Assembly: GCF_009914755.1 (NCBI RefSeq) | Contig: NC_060925.1 | Reading direction: 5' to 3' (one strand) | Length of the DNA stretch: 64,000 bases | Origin: the human T2T-CHM13v2.0 reference genome, Homo sapiens | Shown: positions 63,351-64,000 of the stretch, piece by piece | Numbering within the stretch: the stretch's first letter is position 1 | Layout of the letters: every line of letters begins with the position of its first letter | Program-made: the position numbers and the translations under genes | Notes under the pieces: model-generated | The model's input: only the letters and a program-made list of their open reading frames with translations | The model's database searches: none | What the model was told of the DNA's origin: nothing

Positions 63351-64000
63351 CTCTTTGAGGCCTTCGTTGGAAACGGGATTTCTTCATATTCTGCTAGACA
63401 GAAGAATTCTCAGTAACTTCCTTGTGTTGTGTGTATTCAACTCACAGAGTTGAACGATCCTTTACACAGAGCAGACTTGAAACACTCTTTTTGTGGAATT
63501 TGCAAGTGGAGATTTCAGCCGCTTTGAGGTCAATGGTAGAAAAGGAAATATCTTCGTATAAAGACTAGACAGAATGATTCTCAGAAACTCCTTTGTGATG
63601 TGTGCGTTCAACTCACAGAGTTTAACTTTTCTTTTCATAGAGCAGTTAGGAAACACTCTGTTTGTAAAGTCTGCAAGTGGATATTCAGACCTCTTTGAGG
63701 CCTTCGTTGGAAACGGGATTTCTTCATATTATGCTAGACAGAAGAATTCTCAGTAACTTCCTTGTGTTGTGTGTATTCAACTCACAGAGTTGAACGATCC
63801 TTTACACAGAGCAGACTAGAAACATTCTTTTTGTGGAATTTGCAAGTGGAGATTTCAGCCGCTTTGAGGTCAATGGTAGAATAGGAAATATCTTCCTATA
63901 GAAACTAGACAGAACGATTCTCAGAAACTCCTTTGTGATGTGTGCGTTCAACTCACAGAGTTTAACCTTTCTTTTCATAGAGCAGTTAGGAAACACTCTG

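Larger units (their letters stand above)
1..64000 (+). repeat. Centromeric alpha-satellite higher-order repeat array, SF1 (J1/J2 dimeric) type, D1Z7/D5Z2/D19Z3-like (S1C1/5/19H1L)
   Basis: Continuous ~170 bp tandem monomers with alphoid hallmarks (attctcagaaact...tgtgatgtgtgcgttcaactcacagagttt; tttgtggaatttgcaagtggagattt), 340 bp dimer periodicity, a CENP-B box in every second monomer and GAATTC about every 340 bp. Alpha-satellite identity is essentially certain; the chr1/5/19 family call is from recognition of the dimer and cassette, not a database search. Confidence 0.97.

Noticed and set aside
17-63996. Hundreds of 60-99 aa ORFs on both strands (MILRNSFVMCAF..., MFPNCSMKRKVK..., MCIQLTELNFHL...)
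   Set aside because: They are translations of the satellite recurring every 340 bp, many start at GTG or TTG, and they show no recognisable domain or gene structure. Used only as positional markers.
1-64000. CRISPR-like or other repeat-spacer system
   Set aside because: There are no unique spacers; all sequence between conserved motifs is itself repeated, and there are no associated genes.
1-64000. Transposon insertion (L1/Alu), inversion or non-alphoid island
   Set aside because: The 340 bp phase is kept throughout with only 1-4 bp shifts, CENP-B boxes are always on the + strand, and I saw no poly-A tail or foreign sequence.
1-64000. Assigning the window to chr1, chr5 or chr19, or to the CENP-A/kinetochore (hypomethylated) domain
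   Set aside because: The three arrays share this family, and chromatin state cannot be read from sequence; both need mapping and epigenetic data.

Overview
The whole 64 kb window is uninterrupted, single-orientation primate (almost certainly human) centromeric alpha-satellite DNA: about 376 monomers forming about 188 dimers of ~340 bp (169 bp CENP-B-box monomer plus 171 bp A-type monomer). The dimer, its EcoRI site and a recurring divergent four-monomer cassette fit the suprachromosomal family 1 array shared by chromosomes 1, 5 and 19 (D1Z7/D5Z2/D19Z3, S1C1/5/19H1L). I recognised this by eye and cannot say which chromosome. There are no genes, RNA genes, transposon insertions or inversions; all ORFs are translations of the satellite. 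I found no new gene system. The interesting signal is the array's architecture. The 24 cassette copies are spaced 8-28 monomers apart and never 6. Shared variants reveal nested duplications: 11.9 kb and 21.4 kb offsets, a 2,039 bp tandem pair and a 5,778 bp (34-mer) triplication. A 1,020 bp hexamer built only from dimer variants is emerging, and the most recently amplified haplotype carries a mutation at an essential CENP-B box base. Offsets come from the ORF track and by-eye comparison, so breakpoints are approximate.
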